Virus record (IMG/VR): IMGVR_UViG_3300037470_000217
Location: 1-40,750 of that record
Reading direction: 5' to 3' (one strand)
From: a virus
Lineage: Duplodnaviria; Caudoviricetes
DNA length: 40,750 nt
Positions 25,412-35,059 of the stretch are shown piece after piece (position 1 is the stretch's first letter; each line of letters opens with the position of its first letter). Under the pieces are notes generated by a model that was not told the origin of the DNA, made no database searches, and saw nothing but the letters and a program-made list of their open reading frames with translations. Made by a program: the position numbers and the translations under genes.

Positions 25412-26122
25412 GTGTCCAAGCCACAGGAACTGATTGACGCCCAAGTTGCTCGCCTAGCAGCTGAAGCAGAGCTGGCCCGCGCTGAGGCGCGCAAGGCACT
25501 GTTGGAGGCTGACCAGGCCGAACTTGGCCTCGACGAGTTCCGAGCCATGAACAGGCTCACCGAACTGCGCCTGGCGAAGGCCGAGGAGGACGAGGCCATT
25601 CGCCTCGCCAACGACAGCCACCACAGAGTGTTCCGCCTGGTCGGGTCTGTGAATGGTGCGTCAGTGGAGAAGGCTATTGCCCAACTGGTTCAGTGGCACC
25701 GCATTGATCCCGAGTGCTCGATCACTGTAGTAATCGACTCAGGGGGAGGAGGCATCATAGAAGGCTTCGCTCTCTACGATACGATCCTCTGGCTGCGCAG
25801 CCAGGGCCACCACTTCACAACCATCGCCCAAGGCATGGCTGCCTCGATGGCTGGGATTCTGCTTCAGGCGGGCACCGAGAGGGTGATGGGTGCGCAAGCT
25901 TCGATACTGATCCATGAAGCCAGTTTCGGAGCAATGGGTTCCTTTGGTCAAGTTGAGGATCAGGTTGAGTTCGTCCGCAAGTTGCAGGATCGTCTGCTCG
26001 GCATTCTTGCCGAGCGTTCCAGTCTGTCTAAGACTCAGATCAGGAATAGGTGGAAGCGGAAGAACTGGTGGCTGGACGCGCCCGAGGCTCTGACTCTCCA
26101 GTTCGTGGACAGGGTTGCCTAA
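25412..26122 (+). CDS. ClpP-family serine protease with an N-terminal helical extension
   Basis: IDSGGG..IEGFALYD, GMAASMAGILLQAG..R, ILIHE, WLDAPEAL. Confidence 0.88.
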   Translation: MSKPQELIDAQVARLAAEAELARAEARKALLEADQAELGLDEFRAMNRLTELRLAKAEEDEAIRLANDSHHRVFRLVGSVNGASVEKAIAQLVQWHRIDPECSITVVIDSGGGGIIEGFALYDTILWLRSQGHHFTTIAQGMAASMAGILLQAGTERVMGAQASILIHEASFGAMGSFGQVEDQVEFVRKLQDRLLGILAERSSLSKTQIRNRWKRKNWWLDAPEALTLQFVDRVA

Positions 26123-27866
26123 CCCATCCAGGCTTACCAGCCTGCCCGAAGACTTTGATGTCACCCTTTTGGGTGACGACAGTGGCTTGCCCTCTGGGCC
26201 ACTAGCTGCGCTTCGCGAACTTGTCTGGCGTCGTTGCGAGTCTGACCCCAAGTTCTTCCTGCGTCACTTCTGGAACATCATTGATCCGTCGTCGTTTGGT
26301 TGGACGCTGTTCAACCTTCGGGATTATCAGGTGGAGGATGCTGACTGGCTCCACGACATGATGGGGCGGAAGCGTGCCCGCGGCATCATGGTCAAGGCCC
26401 GCCAGCTCGGTGTCACCACCCTCGCTGCTGCGATGGCGTTTTGGGATGTCTACTTCCACCCTCGACACCCCTGGCTCCTGGCGAGCCAGGGTGAGAGCGA
26501 GGCCATTGGCACGCTGGCAGAGCGGATTAGGGCACCGTATGATCAGCTTCCGATATGGATGCGCGAGCGTGGCCCTGAACTCCTCGACCAGAACTCGGAG
26601 CGCCTGACGTTCAGCAACGGCTCCTCTATCCTGTCGATCCCTGCTACCTCTAAGGCAGGTCGTTCCAAGACTGTCTTCGGCGTCATCTTCGACGAGGCAG
26701 CGTTCGTGCAGGATGCTGAGGGGTTGTTTGCTGCCCTTGATCCACTGACGTATGGCCCCATGCTGATGGTGTCGACAGCGCAGGGCATGGGCAACTTTTT
26801 CCACCAGATATGGGTTGACGGCCAGCTCCCCGATTCGGGCTGGGAGGCCCGCTTTCGCCCCTGGAGCGCAGTACCCGACAGAACTCAGAAGTGGTACGAA
26901 ACCGAGAAGCGCAAGTACCGCGGGCGCGAGGCTGCCTGGTTCCAAGAGTATCCAGCCACTCCTGAAGAATCTTTTTCTAAGACGGGCCGCGCAGCGCTGC
27001 CCGTGGACCTCATGCGCACTGAGCAGGACTGGTGCGATCCCGATTTCAAGGTGAACCTTGATCTCGGCTGGGGTGAAGACGACTGGCGCTCCTACCTCTC
27101 CGAAGGCGAAGAAGCAGACAACGAACTTTGGGTCTGGGAAAAGCCTCTCGTCGAGAGAGACGAGACCACCAACAAACTACTGCGCCCACCCAACTACATC
27201 GTCAGCGCCGACATTGCCGAAGGGTTAGAGCACGGCGACCGCACGTCGATAGTCGTTTACAACGCCAACACGATGGAGGAGGCCGCGGCCTACCGCGGGC
27301 ACTGGCCGATCGAAGACTTGGGCGAACTGTTGGATCGTATCGGGCGGTGGTATCACACCGCTCTCATCCTGCCCGAGCGTAATAACCAGGGCATCCTGCC
27401 CATAGATCATCTGCGCAGACACCACGAATACCCTCGTATGTATCGTGTCGGACCTCTCGCATCCATTCCTCGTGGTGATCGGACACCAAGGTACGGCTGG
27501 GTTACGAACAGGGCCACTAAGCCTCTGATAGTCCACGAGTTCATAAAGGCACTGCGGAACGGGCACATTGCCCTCCACGACCAGCGCCTACTAGAGGAGG
27601 CTCAGACTTTCATCTCTGATGGGAAGGGCGGCTTCGCCGCCTCGGGCTCCAACTATGACGACCACGTTATGGGCCACCTGATCGGGTGGAAGGGCGTCTT
27701 GGAAGTCGGCCAGTATCCGATCGTTTGGGAGGATCACGGGCCGAGGCCAATCACCTTCGGAGACCTCATGGACTTGGACGAAAGGGACGAAGGGGCACAC
27801 CCAATGTCAGTGCCTATTGGTGGCAGTGCCCCCAAGAAGGGCGTCAAGTCCTTCACGTGGATGTAA
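26115..27866 (+). CDS. terL: Terminase large subunit
   Basis: Q motif LRDYQ, Walker [10 protein letters not shown], Walker [14 protein letters not shown] coupling motif, nuclease ADIAEG..GD, PERNN, DDHVM. Confidence 0.95.
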   Translation: MPNPSRLTSLPEDFDVTLLGDDSGLPSGPLAALRELVWRRCESDPKFFLRHFWNIIDPSSFGWTLFNLRDYQVEDADWLHDMMGRKRARGIMVKARQLGVTTLAAAMAFWDVYFHPRHPWLLASQGESEAIGTLAERIRAPYDQLPIWMRERGPELLDQNSERLTFSNGSSILSIPATSKAGRSKTVFGVIFDEAAFVQDAEGLFAALDPLTYGPMLMVSTAQGMGNFFHQIWVDGQLPDSGWEARFRPWSAVPDRTQKWYETEKRKYRGREAAWFQEYPATPEESFSKTGRAALPVDLMRTEQDWCDPDFKVNLDLGWGEDDWRSYLSEGEEADNELWVWEKPLVERDETTNKLLRPPNYIVSADIAEGLEHGDRTSIVVYNANTMEEAAAYRGHWPIEDLGELLDRIGRWYHTALILPERNNQGILPIDHLRRHHEYPRMYRVGPLASIPRGDRTPRYGWVTNRATKPLIVHEFIKALRNGHIALHDQRLLEEAQTFISDGKGGFAASGSNYDDHVMGHLIGWKGVLEVGQYPIVWEDHGPRPITFGDLMDLDERDEGAHPMSVPIGGSAPKKGVKSFTWM

Positions 27867-27898
27867 GTAATGGTTTGGATATTTTGTCTATAGGTGAG

Positions 27899-28408
27899 AT
27901 GACTGAGATGACATGTGTAGCTACTGATTGTTCTGGTTCTGTTTGGGCTCGGGGGCTTTGTGCTCGCCACTATAAGCGCTGGCAACGAACGGGTCTCCCC
28001 GAGGGTCTCCCGCCCCACCAGGGTCGTCAGCCCCACCAAGGTCGTCAGATGGGGAGGAGTGTCGGCAATAACGGGAAACTGTTCTTCGAGTCTGCGTCGA
28101 CTCCCAACTTCATCCACGGAATGTCGCGGACGCGAACTTATCAGAGCTGGTGCCAGATGAAGTCACGGTGTCTCAATCCGAATCACCACTTTTTTCATCG
28201 CTACGGAGGCCGCGGCATCACGATTGATCCTCGCTGGGATGACTTCCTGAACTTCCTCGAAGACATGGGTGAACGGCCCGAGGGCCTATCCCTAGATCGC
28301 ATAGACAACGACGGCAACTACGAGCCTGGCAACTGTCGCTGGGCAACAGCCGCACAACAGGCCCAGAACCGCCACCACCGACAAGTCTCTGGACATGTGG
28401 GGGAGTAG
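27899..28408 (+). CDS. HNH homing endonuclease (copy 2) with a C-x4-C..LCARHY N-terminus
   Basis: Same HNH core as the other copies; 18-bp tandem duplication (PHQGRQ x2) at 28013-28048. Confidence 0.88.
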   Translation: MTEMTCVATDCSGSVWARGLCARHYKRWQRTGLPEGLPPHQGRQPHQGRQMGRSVGNNGKLFFESASTPNFIHGMSRTRTYQSWCQMKSRCLNPNHHFFHRYGGRGITIDPRWDDFLNFLEDMGERPEGLSLDRIDNDGNYEPGNCRWATAAQQAQNRHHRQVSGHVGE

Positions 28409-28458
28409 ATAGGAGAGATTTCTCCTATTTGCAAATAGGCACAGAAAGAAGGACATCT

Positions 28459-29361
28459 ATGGTTGCCGCTATAGCAACTGCCTCGATCGTCCCCGATGAG
28501 TTTGCTCAGAGCATCACCGCTCTCGAAGTCGCCATCGAGGCCGAAGCGGGGATTACCTCGGTCGTAGACCCAGGTAGCGATTTGGTAGTGAGCGTCGAAG
28601 CGACAGCTTCGGACGCTGGTACTCCCGCAGTATATACAATTGATCTGGACGGCGCTGACGGTGGCACTTATGCCTTGACAGTGGACGGTATCTCAACCAT
28701 TCCGCTCCTGTTCAGCGCAAACGACGCCTCGGTCAAGGCTGCGCTCGAATCGCTCTCCATCGTGGGAGAGGTGACTGTCGCCACGGGCGAAATCACGTTC
28801 GACGATCCCGTTCGGGATGTTGCAGTGGTTCTCGTGGACATTGACTTGACGAACGCTGGTTCGCCTGTAGTGACCGAGGACGAGGAGGGCGTTGCTCCCG
28901 ACTCGTCGGCCGCAGCTACGGCTATCACTGACGCGATTGCGGCAGTGGCGCTAGACGAGCCGCCCACCCCCTGTCAGATTGCTCCTGGTCATGTGGTTGA
29001 GGAGTTCGGTGATCCCGTTCTTTCAAACTCAGCGACGATGGATGCGATCACACTGGCTGAGGATGAGGTGGCGACAGTCACTTTCGCCACCGTGCTCAGC
29101 GGAGCCTCAGCGGCCACTGTCGCCTTGGGCGACGTGCCCGAAGCCCTCGGCGGGGTAGCGACTCTCGTTGATCATGGAAACCTGGGGGTACACCCGTCAG
29201 CGCTTTCCGCTGCCGAGCGCAACCAGGGCTCGGCCACTCTGACGGTTGATCCTGATGATGCTGATCTCGACGGCGTGTATCTCGTGGCGGTCATCGTGAC
29301 CGACGAGAACGGACGGTCGGATTATAACATAATCGAGATCACGATTACTGACCCCGCCTAA
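28459..29361 (+). CDS. Acidic beta-rich putative virion decoration / Ig-like protein
   Basis: A/V/T/D-rich; GGTYALTVDG.ST..L.F.A....VKAALESL and C-terminal G.Y.V.V.VTD..G patterns; own promoter-like motif at 28388. Confidence 0.5.
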   Translation: MVAAIATASIVPDEFAQSITALEVAIEAEAGITSVVDPGSDLVVSVEATASDAGTPAVYTIDLDGADGGTYALTVDGISTIPLLFSANDASVKAALESLSIVGEVTVATGEITFDDPVRDVAVVLVDIDLTNAGSPVVTEDEEGVAPDSSAAATAITDAIAAVALDEPPTPCQIAPGHVVEEFGDPVLSNSATMDAITLAEDEVATVTFATVLSGASAATVALGDVPEALGGVATLVDHGNLGVHPSALSAAERNQGSATLTVDPDDADLDGVYLVAVIVTDENGRSDYNIIEITITDPA

Positions 29362-29420
29362 CCCGCGTGGAGCGAACGCCCGCACAGACCTTGATATCTC
29401 CGCCGTTGCGGAGGAGCGTA

Positions 29421-29900
29421 ATGACCGCCCCCAACGAGCGGGGTAACCGCTATGGGCGGCTGGTCGTAACTGCCCCCAGGGGGCGTGATGTTCGCGATCG
29501 TCCCCTGTGGATGTGTGAGTGTGACTGCGGTCAGACGACGACGGTTGCTCAGGGCAATCTTCGTTCTGGTAATACCACGAGCTGTGGGTGCTATCGCCTG
29601 GAACGAATAGTCGAAACTCAATCGACCCACCGCATGGTGGGGACACTTACCCACAACACGTGGCGAGCCATGTTGGATCGCTGTCGTCGTCCTGGTCACA
29701 CAAAGTGGGCCAATTACGGAGGCAGGGGGATCACCGTGGATGAGCGCTGGTTCATCTTCGAGAACTTCCTCGAAGACATGGGCGAGCGCCCCGAAGGTAT
29801 GACCCTCGACCGCATCGACAACGAGGGGCATTACGAACCTGGGAACTGTCGCTGGGCAACACCGAAGGAACAGAGAGCAAATCAGCGATGCCGTGCCTAA
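29421..29900 (+). CDS. HNH homing endonuclease (copy 3)
   Basis: GNRYGRLVV, WMCECDCG, TSCGC and the shared HNH core. Confidence 0.9.
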   Translation: MTAPNERGNRYGRLVVTAPRGRDVRDRPLWMCECDCGQTTTVAQGNLRSGNTTSCGCYRLERIVETQSTHRMVGTLTHNTWRAMLDRCRRPGHTKWANYGGRGITVDERWFIFENFLEDMGERPEGMTLDRIDNEGHYEPGNCRWATPKEQRANQRCRA

Positions 29901-30142
29901 CAGACGACTGTCCACGCCCGCCGACCCTTTCTGGGCATTGTATCCCATGTAAGTTTGAGAAGGGTGTCAGGGTCAACGGTCTGCGTCTGATGGCGCACGA
30001 CCGTGACCTTGGGCTCACTCAAGGCGAGAAGGATCGCGAGCAGCAACAGGCTGCTCGACGTGACGGACGGGACATCATGCGAGTGCCTGGTAGGCGCGGT
30101 GCTCACGAGCGCCGCACAGAACACGGCTGGGAGAAAATCTAA
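29888..30142 (+). CDS. Small Cys-containing protein upstream of the portal
   Basis: C....C......HC..C; fills the gap before the portal. Confidence 0.55.
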   Translation: MPCLTDDCPRPPTLSGHCIPCKFEKGVRVNGLRLMAHDRDLGLTQGEKDREQQQAARRDGRDIMRVPGRRGAHERRTEHGWEKI

Positions 30143-30144
30143 GT

Positions 30145-32028
30145 ATGCCAAACCGTGTAGCTGGCTACCCTCAAGAGATTCGGGCGCGAGGAAACAAGAG
30201 TCAACGCGAAGCGGTGCGCCGCGGACGCGAGAGGCTTCTGGCTGGCCAGCAATATCGCTCTGCGGTACGTGAGGACGTTTGGCTCCAGTCTGAGAGACAG
30301 TATGAGGGCCAACATTGGGATAACCCTGCGGGCCTGGACCAGATTGTTGTCAACCTGTCGTTTAGCACCGTCAACGTCATCGCCCCGTACATGGTAGGTA
30401 ACGAGCCCAACTTCCTGGTCGTGCCCTACGGCCACGGGGCCAATCCTCGGAACGCTGCCATTCAGCAAGCGTTCCTCAACCGAATCTGGCGTGGTCCTGA
30501 TGTCAACGGCCAACAGGAACTGGAGTCCGCATCGGTGGACTTCATCGTGTATGGCGACGGGTATCTGAAGGTTGGTTATGACATCGCTGAAAGGCGTGTC
30601 GATAGCGACGAGCGTACTTACGCCGAGATGGCAGAACTGTGGGTTCTGCGTGCTAGCCCTTGGGACATCTGGGTTGACCCGACTGCTGACGGTATCCACA
30701 ATGCTCGGTGGGTTTGTCATCGTCTGCGTTTTACCCGAGAGGAACTGAAAGAACTCGGGTACAAGAACATTGACGAGGACAACGTTTCCTACGGTAACTA
30801 TCACCGTATCACCGAGGAGACGAAGGAAGGCAACCGCACTTATGTGCGTGAGGCCCTGGATGGCACTGACTATGCCATCCTCTACGAGTTCTACGATCTG
30901 GTTGAGAAGTACAAGGTCGTCTTTGCTGATGGTGGCGATGCTCCCCTCCAGTATGTGGAGGATTTGCCTGTTGTGCCCATCGTGCAGATGGGCAATTATC
31001 GCATCCCTTCGTGCCCGTATCACATGGGGGACTTGGAGCAGGTCTGGGAGATTCAGCAGGAGCTGAACAAGACTCGTTCGCAGATGATCCAACACAGGGC
31101 TCGGAACGTGCAGAAGTTCGTAGCGCTCGAAGGCAAGCTAGGTGCGAATGCCATCGAGGCTCTGAAGTCTCCCGTTGTGAACGAGGTTGTCTACGTCAAG
31201 GGTGACATGCCCCTTGAGTCTCTGATTGCTCCGCTGCAAGTGCCGAACCTTTCCTCTGATGTCTACAACATCTCTCAGATCGTGCAGCAGGACATCTACG
31301 AGATCAGCGGTGTCAACGAGTATCTGCGTGGCGCAGCGCCCAACATCCGCCGCACAGCCACTGAGGCCACGATCATCGAGGGTGCCTCGAACGTGAAGTC
31401 GCAGTTCAAGCTGCGCCAGGCTGAGAAGGCTGTCCGCAAGGTTGGTACCCTCTTGCTCAGCTTCGCCGCCGACGTGTACCCGCAGACAGACTTCGAGGAG
31501 ATGCAGCTCTACCTCACGGGCCGTGATGCCGAGCTGGTGCTCCGCAACACGCCAGAAGGCGATCGAGTGGATGAGTACGGAGAACCTCTCGACATGTCGG
31601 CTGGTAGCCCTGACGTGGTGATCTCTCCCACTCCCGAGATTTGGGAGGGAACCTACGAGGTTCTCGTCGAGCAGTCGTCTACTGAGCTTCGTAACCCTGT
31701 CATGCGTGAGCAGAAGTATCGAGGCATGGTCATGGACTTGCTGGGTGCTATCCCGATGCTGGGCGAGATGGGTGTAACTCTGGACATTCGGAAGCTGCTC
31801 GAACTGTGGTTCGAGGCTGCGGGCATTGATGACGTGGAGGGCTTGTTCGGCGCGGCAGTGCCTATGGGTCCGACACAGGAGGCTCCGATGGAGGGTGAAG
31901 ACGCTCTGGCTGGTTTGGACCCGTCGATGTTGGAGGGGATTCTTGGTGGGGGCGGGGGTGAGCCTGGTGGCGTCCCGATGGACGCCATCACCGAAGCGAA
32001 TAGCGGCATCCTTGAGGCCGTTGCATAA
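30145..32028 (+). CDS. Portal protein (P22-like)
   Basis: 627 aa after TerL; YGDGYLKVGY, SPWDIWVDP.A.....ARW, Q.ELNK.RSQ, EISGV....RG....TATEA. Confidence 0.9.
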   Translation: MPNRVAGYPQEIRARGNKSQREAVRRGRERLLAGQQYRSAVREDVWLQSERQYEGQHWDNPAGLDQIVVNLSFSTVNVIAPYMVGNEPNFLVVPYGHGANPRNAAIQQAFLNRIWRGPDVNGQQELESASVDFIVYGDGYLKVGYDIAERRVDSDERTYAEMAELWVLRASPWDIWVDPTADGIHNARWVCHRLRFTREELKELGYKNIDEDNVSYGNYHRITEETKEGNRTYVREALDGTDYAILYEFYDLVEKYKVVFADGGDAPLQYVEDLPVVPIVQMGNYRIPSCPYHMGDLEQVWEIQQELNKTRSQMIQHRARNVQKFVALEGKLGANAIEALKSPVVNEVVYVKGDMPLESLIAPLQVPNLSSDVYNISQIVQQDIYEISGVNEYLRGAAPNIRRTATEATIIEGASNVKSQFKLRQAEKAVRKVGTLLLSFAADVYPQTDFEEMQLYLTGRDAELVLRNTPEGDRVDEYGEPLDMSAGSPDVVISPTPEIWEGTYEVLVEQSSTELRNPVMREQKYRGMVMDLLGAIPMLGEMGVTLDIRKLLELWFEAAGIDDVEGLFGAAVPMGPTQEAPMEGEDALAGLDPSMLEGILGGGGGEPGGVPMDAITEANSGILEAVA

Positions 32029-32182
32029 GCGCAACACTACACATAAGCACTGTGCTAATGGCCCGCTAAGGGCTGGGATCGGACCCCTCGGCTTACGAGG
32101 GGTTCTCCCTTTTCTGGACATGTGAGCCGTACTAGTAGGGAGAGAAATCTCTCCTTGCCAATTCAATAGGAAGTGGAGACGC

Positions 32183-33115
32183 GTGACAGCGAAGTTGGAA
32201 CTCGCGGACCCTTTCGATCAGGCAGTTGCCGAAGCATTCGACGAGTTGGGAGAGGCTTCTCCCAGCGACCCCCTTGCCGCTCAGCCAGCGGACGAGACGG
32301 AAATCCTTGCTGAGGAACCTGCCGAAGTTGAGAGTCCCGAACAATCCCCCGAGTTGGAACCCCCTGCGAGCGAGGTAAGCGAAGACGATCCCGAGGATTT
32401 GTTCGCTGACCTGGAGATTGAAAGCACTACCGAGCTGGAAACCCCAGCCGAGACAGTGCCTACAACCTTCGAGCTTCCAGGGATCGACGAGCCAGTCTCT
32501 CTGGAGGAGCTGAAGAACGGCTACCTCCGTCAGGCTGATTACACCCGCAAGACGCAGGAAGTGGCTGCTGATCGGAACACGAGCGCGAAAGCGATCGAGT
32601 TCTGGGAGGCGCTGACAACTCGTCCACAGGATGTGGTCAGACAGCTTGCGGAAGCGGCTGGCCTGGTGGAGGCGGGAGCATCACCAGTAAAGGTGATCGA
32701 CCTGCCGTTCAGGTCTGAGACAGACATCCAAGCCGAAGTGGACCGCAAGGTCGCTGAAACCTTGGAGAGTCACCCAGACATAGCTCAAGCTCAGGACATT
32801 GTGGCCCTTCAGTGGGTCGAATCCGAGTTCGCTCGGATCGAGCAGGCGCATAGCACCAAGCTCGGCCCTAAGAGCAGAGAGATCATCCTCAAGACTGCGC
32901 AGGTTAAGAACGTGGACGACCTCGAAATGGTCTTCCAGGCTCTGCTTGCCAGACAACAGGAACAGGCACGTCAGAGGGACTCCCTGAAACAGGCTGCACC
33001 TGCCAAGCCTACGGGCAAGGCAACACAGCAGTCAGTGACAGAGGAGCCCGCCGACTTCTGGGAGGCAGCCTCGCAGGCTGCCGCCGAGAAAGGCATTCAA
33101 CTCAATCTGACGTAA
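32183..33115 (+). CDS. Capsid scaffolding protein
   Basis: Acidic N-terminus; VSLEELKNGYLRQADYTRKTQEVA; between portal and capsid. Confidence 0.88.
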   Translation: MTAKLELADPFDQAVAEAFDELGEASPSDPLAAQPADETEILAEEPAEVESPEQSPELEPPASEVSEDDPEDLFADLEIESTTELETPAETVPTTFELPGIDEPVSLEELKNGYLRQADYTRKTQEVAADRNTSAKAIEFWEALTTRPQDVVRQLAEAAGLVEAGASPVKVIDLPFRSETDIQAEVDRKVAETLESHPDIAQAQDIVALQWVESEFARIEQAHSTKLGPKSREIILKTAQVKNVDDLEMVFQALLARQQEQARQRDSLKQAAPAKPTGKATQQSVTEEPADFWEAASQAAAEKGIQLNLT

Positions 33116-33130
33116 AGGACAAACAACCTC

Positions 33131-34084
33131 ATGGCTGAGGGAAACGTAGCTTTCGGGACTGATGGCATTGTTGCCACCACGCTCCAGAAGTATCGCAAGA
33201 CGCTGGTGGACCAAGTGTTCCGCCAGACGATCCTGCTTCACCTTCTGGGCGGGGAGGGTCGCACCCCTGAATCCCAGACTGGTCGTTCGATCGTACAACC
33301 TCTGTTGTACGGAGACCAGGATGCTGTCGGTTCGTTCTCCGATGTGGACGTGTTCGACGCCCCGTCTCGTAGCGGTATCACCGCTGCCGAGTTCCCGCAC
33401 AGGAGCGTTTATGGCTCCGTGCTGTTCTCGGGCGAGGAGATGGACAAGAACACTGGCCCCGAGGCAGCGGTCTCGCTGCTCAAGGGTCGGATCACACAGG
33501 TGGAACGGACGCTTGCCAAGACGCTGAACGCCATGCTTCATGGCGACGGTACGGGCAACAGCAACAAGGATCTGCTCGGGCTCGCCGCTCTTGTGGATCA
33601 GGACAACGTGTTCGGTGGGGTGGACCGTAACGACGCTCTGAACGCATGGTGGAGGGCTGACTCGAATGCTGCTGGCGGTGTTCTGTCCGAGGCGCTTATG
33701 CGCACCTCGTACAACAACATCGTGGACGGCTCGGAGAAGGCCACACACATCATCACAACCCAGGCTGGATTCGAGGCTTACGAGGGACTCCTCCAAGACA
33801 CGATCCGCAATATGGACACCAAACTTGGTGACGCTGGGTTCGACAACCTGATGTTCAAGAGCACTCCCACGGTCTTCGACCGTGACGTGCCCGCCCAGAC
33901 CATGTACTTCCTGAACATGAACCACATCAAACTGGTTTCATTGAATGGAGCATGGTTCCGTATTTCCGACTGGCTGGTTCCGACCAACCAGGATGCGAAG
34001 TACAAGAACATCATCATCCGCGGCAACCTGACTTGCTCGAACAGCTCGCTGCAAGGCGTGCTTACGGGCATCACGGATGCGTAG
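33131..34084 (+). CDS. Major capsid protein (HK97 fold)
   Basis: 317 aa after the scaffold; LHGDGTG...LLGLAALV, GFDNLMFK.TP.VFD, MYFLN; terminator follows. Confidence 0.88.
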   Translation: MAEGNVAFGTDGIVATTLQKYRKTLVDQVFRQTILLHLLGGEGRTPESQTGRSIVQPLLYGDQDAVGSFSDVDVFDAPSRSGITAAEFPHRSVYGSVLFSGEEMDKNTGPEAAVSLLKGRITQVERTLAKTLNAMLHGDGTGNSNKDLLGLAALVDQDNVFGGVDRNDALNAWWRADSNAAGGVLSEALMRTSYNNIVDGSEKATHIITTQAGFEAYEGLLQDTIRNMDTKLGDAGFDNLMFKSTPTVFDRDVPAQTMYFLNMNHIKLVSLNGAWFRISDWLVPTNQDAKYKNIIIRGNLTCSNSSLQGVLTGITDA

Positions 34085-34094
34085 ATGACAACCT

Positions 34095-34122
34095 GCGGGG
34101 GAGGGCTTAGTCCCTCCCCTGC
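34095..34122 (+). terminator. Hairpin terminator after the capsid gene
   Basis: GCGGGGGAGGGC-TTA-GTCCCTCCCCTGC; no U-tract. Confidence 0.6.
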
Positions 34123-34143
34123 TATCCAAGTTTCGGAGGGACA

Positions 34144-34383
34144 TTGACGACAGTTCGAGTAGGTGCAGACCCGAGGACGACAAGGCCTGTCACGGGCGGC
34201 ACTGAAATACGAGGCCAGCATGTCAACTCTGGCCCGAACACTGTGGCTGTCCCTGGCCCTCGTATCGCTACCAAACCTACCCGCTGTTCCGAGTTCAGGA
34301 ATGCTGGTGGGCGCTGTGGCGCTCCACCCGCTAAGGGCACTGGCATGTGTGCGGGCCATCTGCGTAAGGCGGGCCTGCTCTAG
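34144..34383 (+). CDS. Small basic C3H Zn-finger-like protein
   Basis: RC......GGRC.A......MC.GH; GGAGG RBS; coupled to the adaptor gene. Confidence 0.55.
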   Translation: MTTVRVGADPRTTRPVTGGTEIRGQHVNSGPNTVAVPGPRIATKPTRCSEFRNAGGRCGAPPAKGTGMCAGHLRKAGLL

Positions 34384-35057
34384 TGACGCTTGTAGAGCTG
34401 CGCACTTGGGTGCGCCGCCAGACTCTCATCACAACCGCAGAGCTGGCCGACCTAGCGCTGAACTCGATCCTCGGCCAGGCACTGTTGGATGCAGCCTCCC
34501 GCTACCAGTGGCCGTGGGCCTACACCACGGTGACGATCCCTCTCGTGGACGGCACCACGTCCTATGACCTGCCTGACGACATCATGTTTCTTGATGAGCT
34601 GGTGTATGTCGGCCAGGGGCCGACTCGTCTAGCTCGCACTTCGATTCAGGCTGTGACTGCCGAGTTCGGCGCTGAAGTGGGGGACTCTGACCTTCCTGAC
34701 CGCTACTACTTGGATGCGGCTGGCGCTGAGATCACTTTCGTTCCGACTCCCGATGCTGCCCAGGACATCACGGCCTACTACTTCGCCACCCCTGACCTCG
34801 ACGATTTTGACGCTGATGGCGACAGCCCCCCCTTCCACGCCGCCTTTCACCTTGCCCTGGCCGAGTATGCCACGGCGAAAGTCTGGGATCAGTACGAGCA
34901 GGAGGACAAGGGCGGGTTCTACATGCAGATGTACCTCGACACTTTGAATCGCATGGCGATCTTCTACGACCTGCGCTTGCCCGCCCAACCCTTCGTCGTG
35001 GGCGGTGGTATGGGCCGTGAGCGTCTGCGCCATCTTGACGGCTATCTGGGGGGTTAG
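34383..35057 (+). CDS. Head-tail adaptor protein
   Basis: MTL.ELR..VR, WPW, G...YDLP.D, P.PD, P..FH.AL..YA pattern; position after the capsid. Confidence 0.75.
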   Translation: MTLVELRTWVRRQTLITTAELADLALNSILGQALLDAASRYQWPWAYTTVTIPLVDGTTSYDLPDDIMFLDELVYVGQGPTRLARTSIQAVTAEFGAEVGDSDLPDRYYLDAAGAEITFVPTPDAAQDITAYYFATPDLDDFDADGDSPPFHAAFHLALAEYATAKVWDQYEQEDKGGFYMQMYLDTLNRMAIFYDLRLPAQPFVVGGGMGRERLRHLDGYLGG

Positions 35058-35059
35058 CC

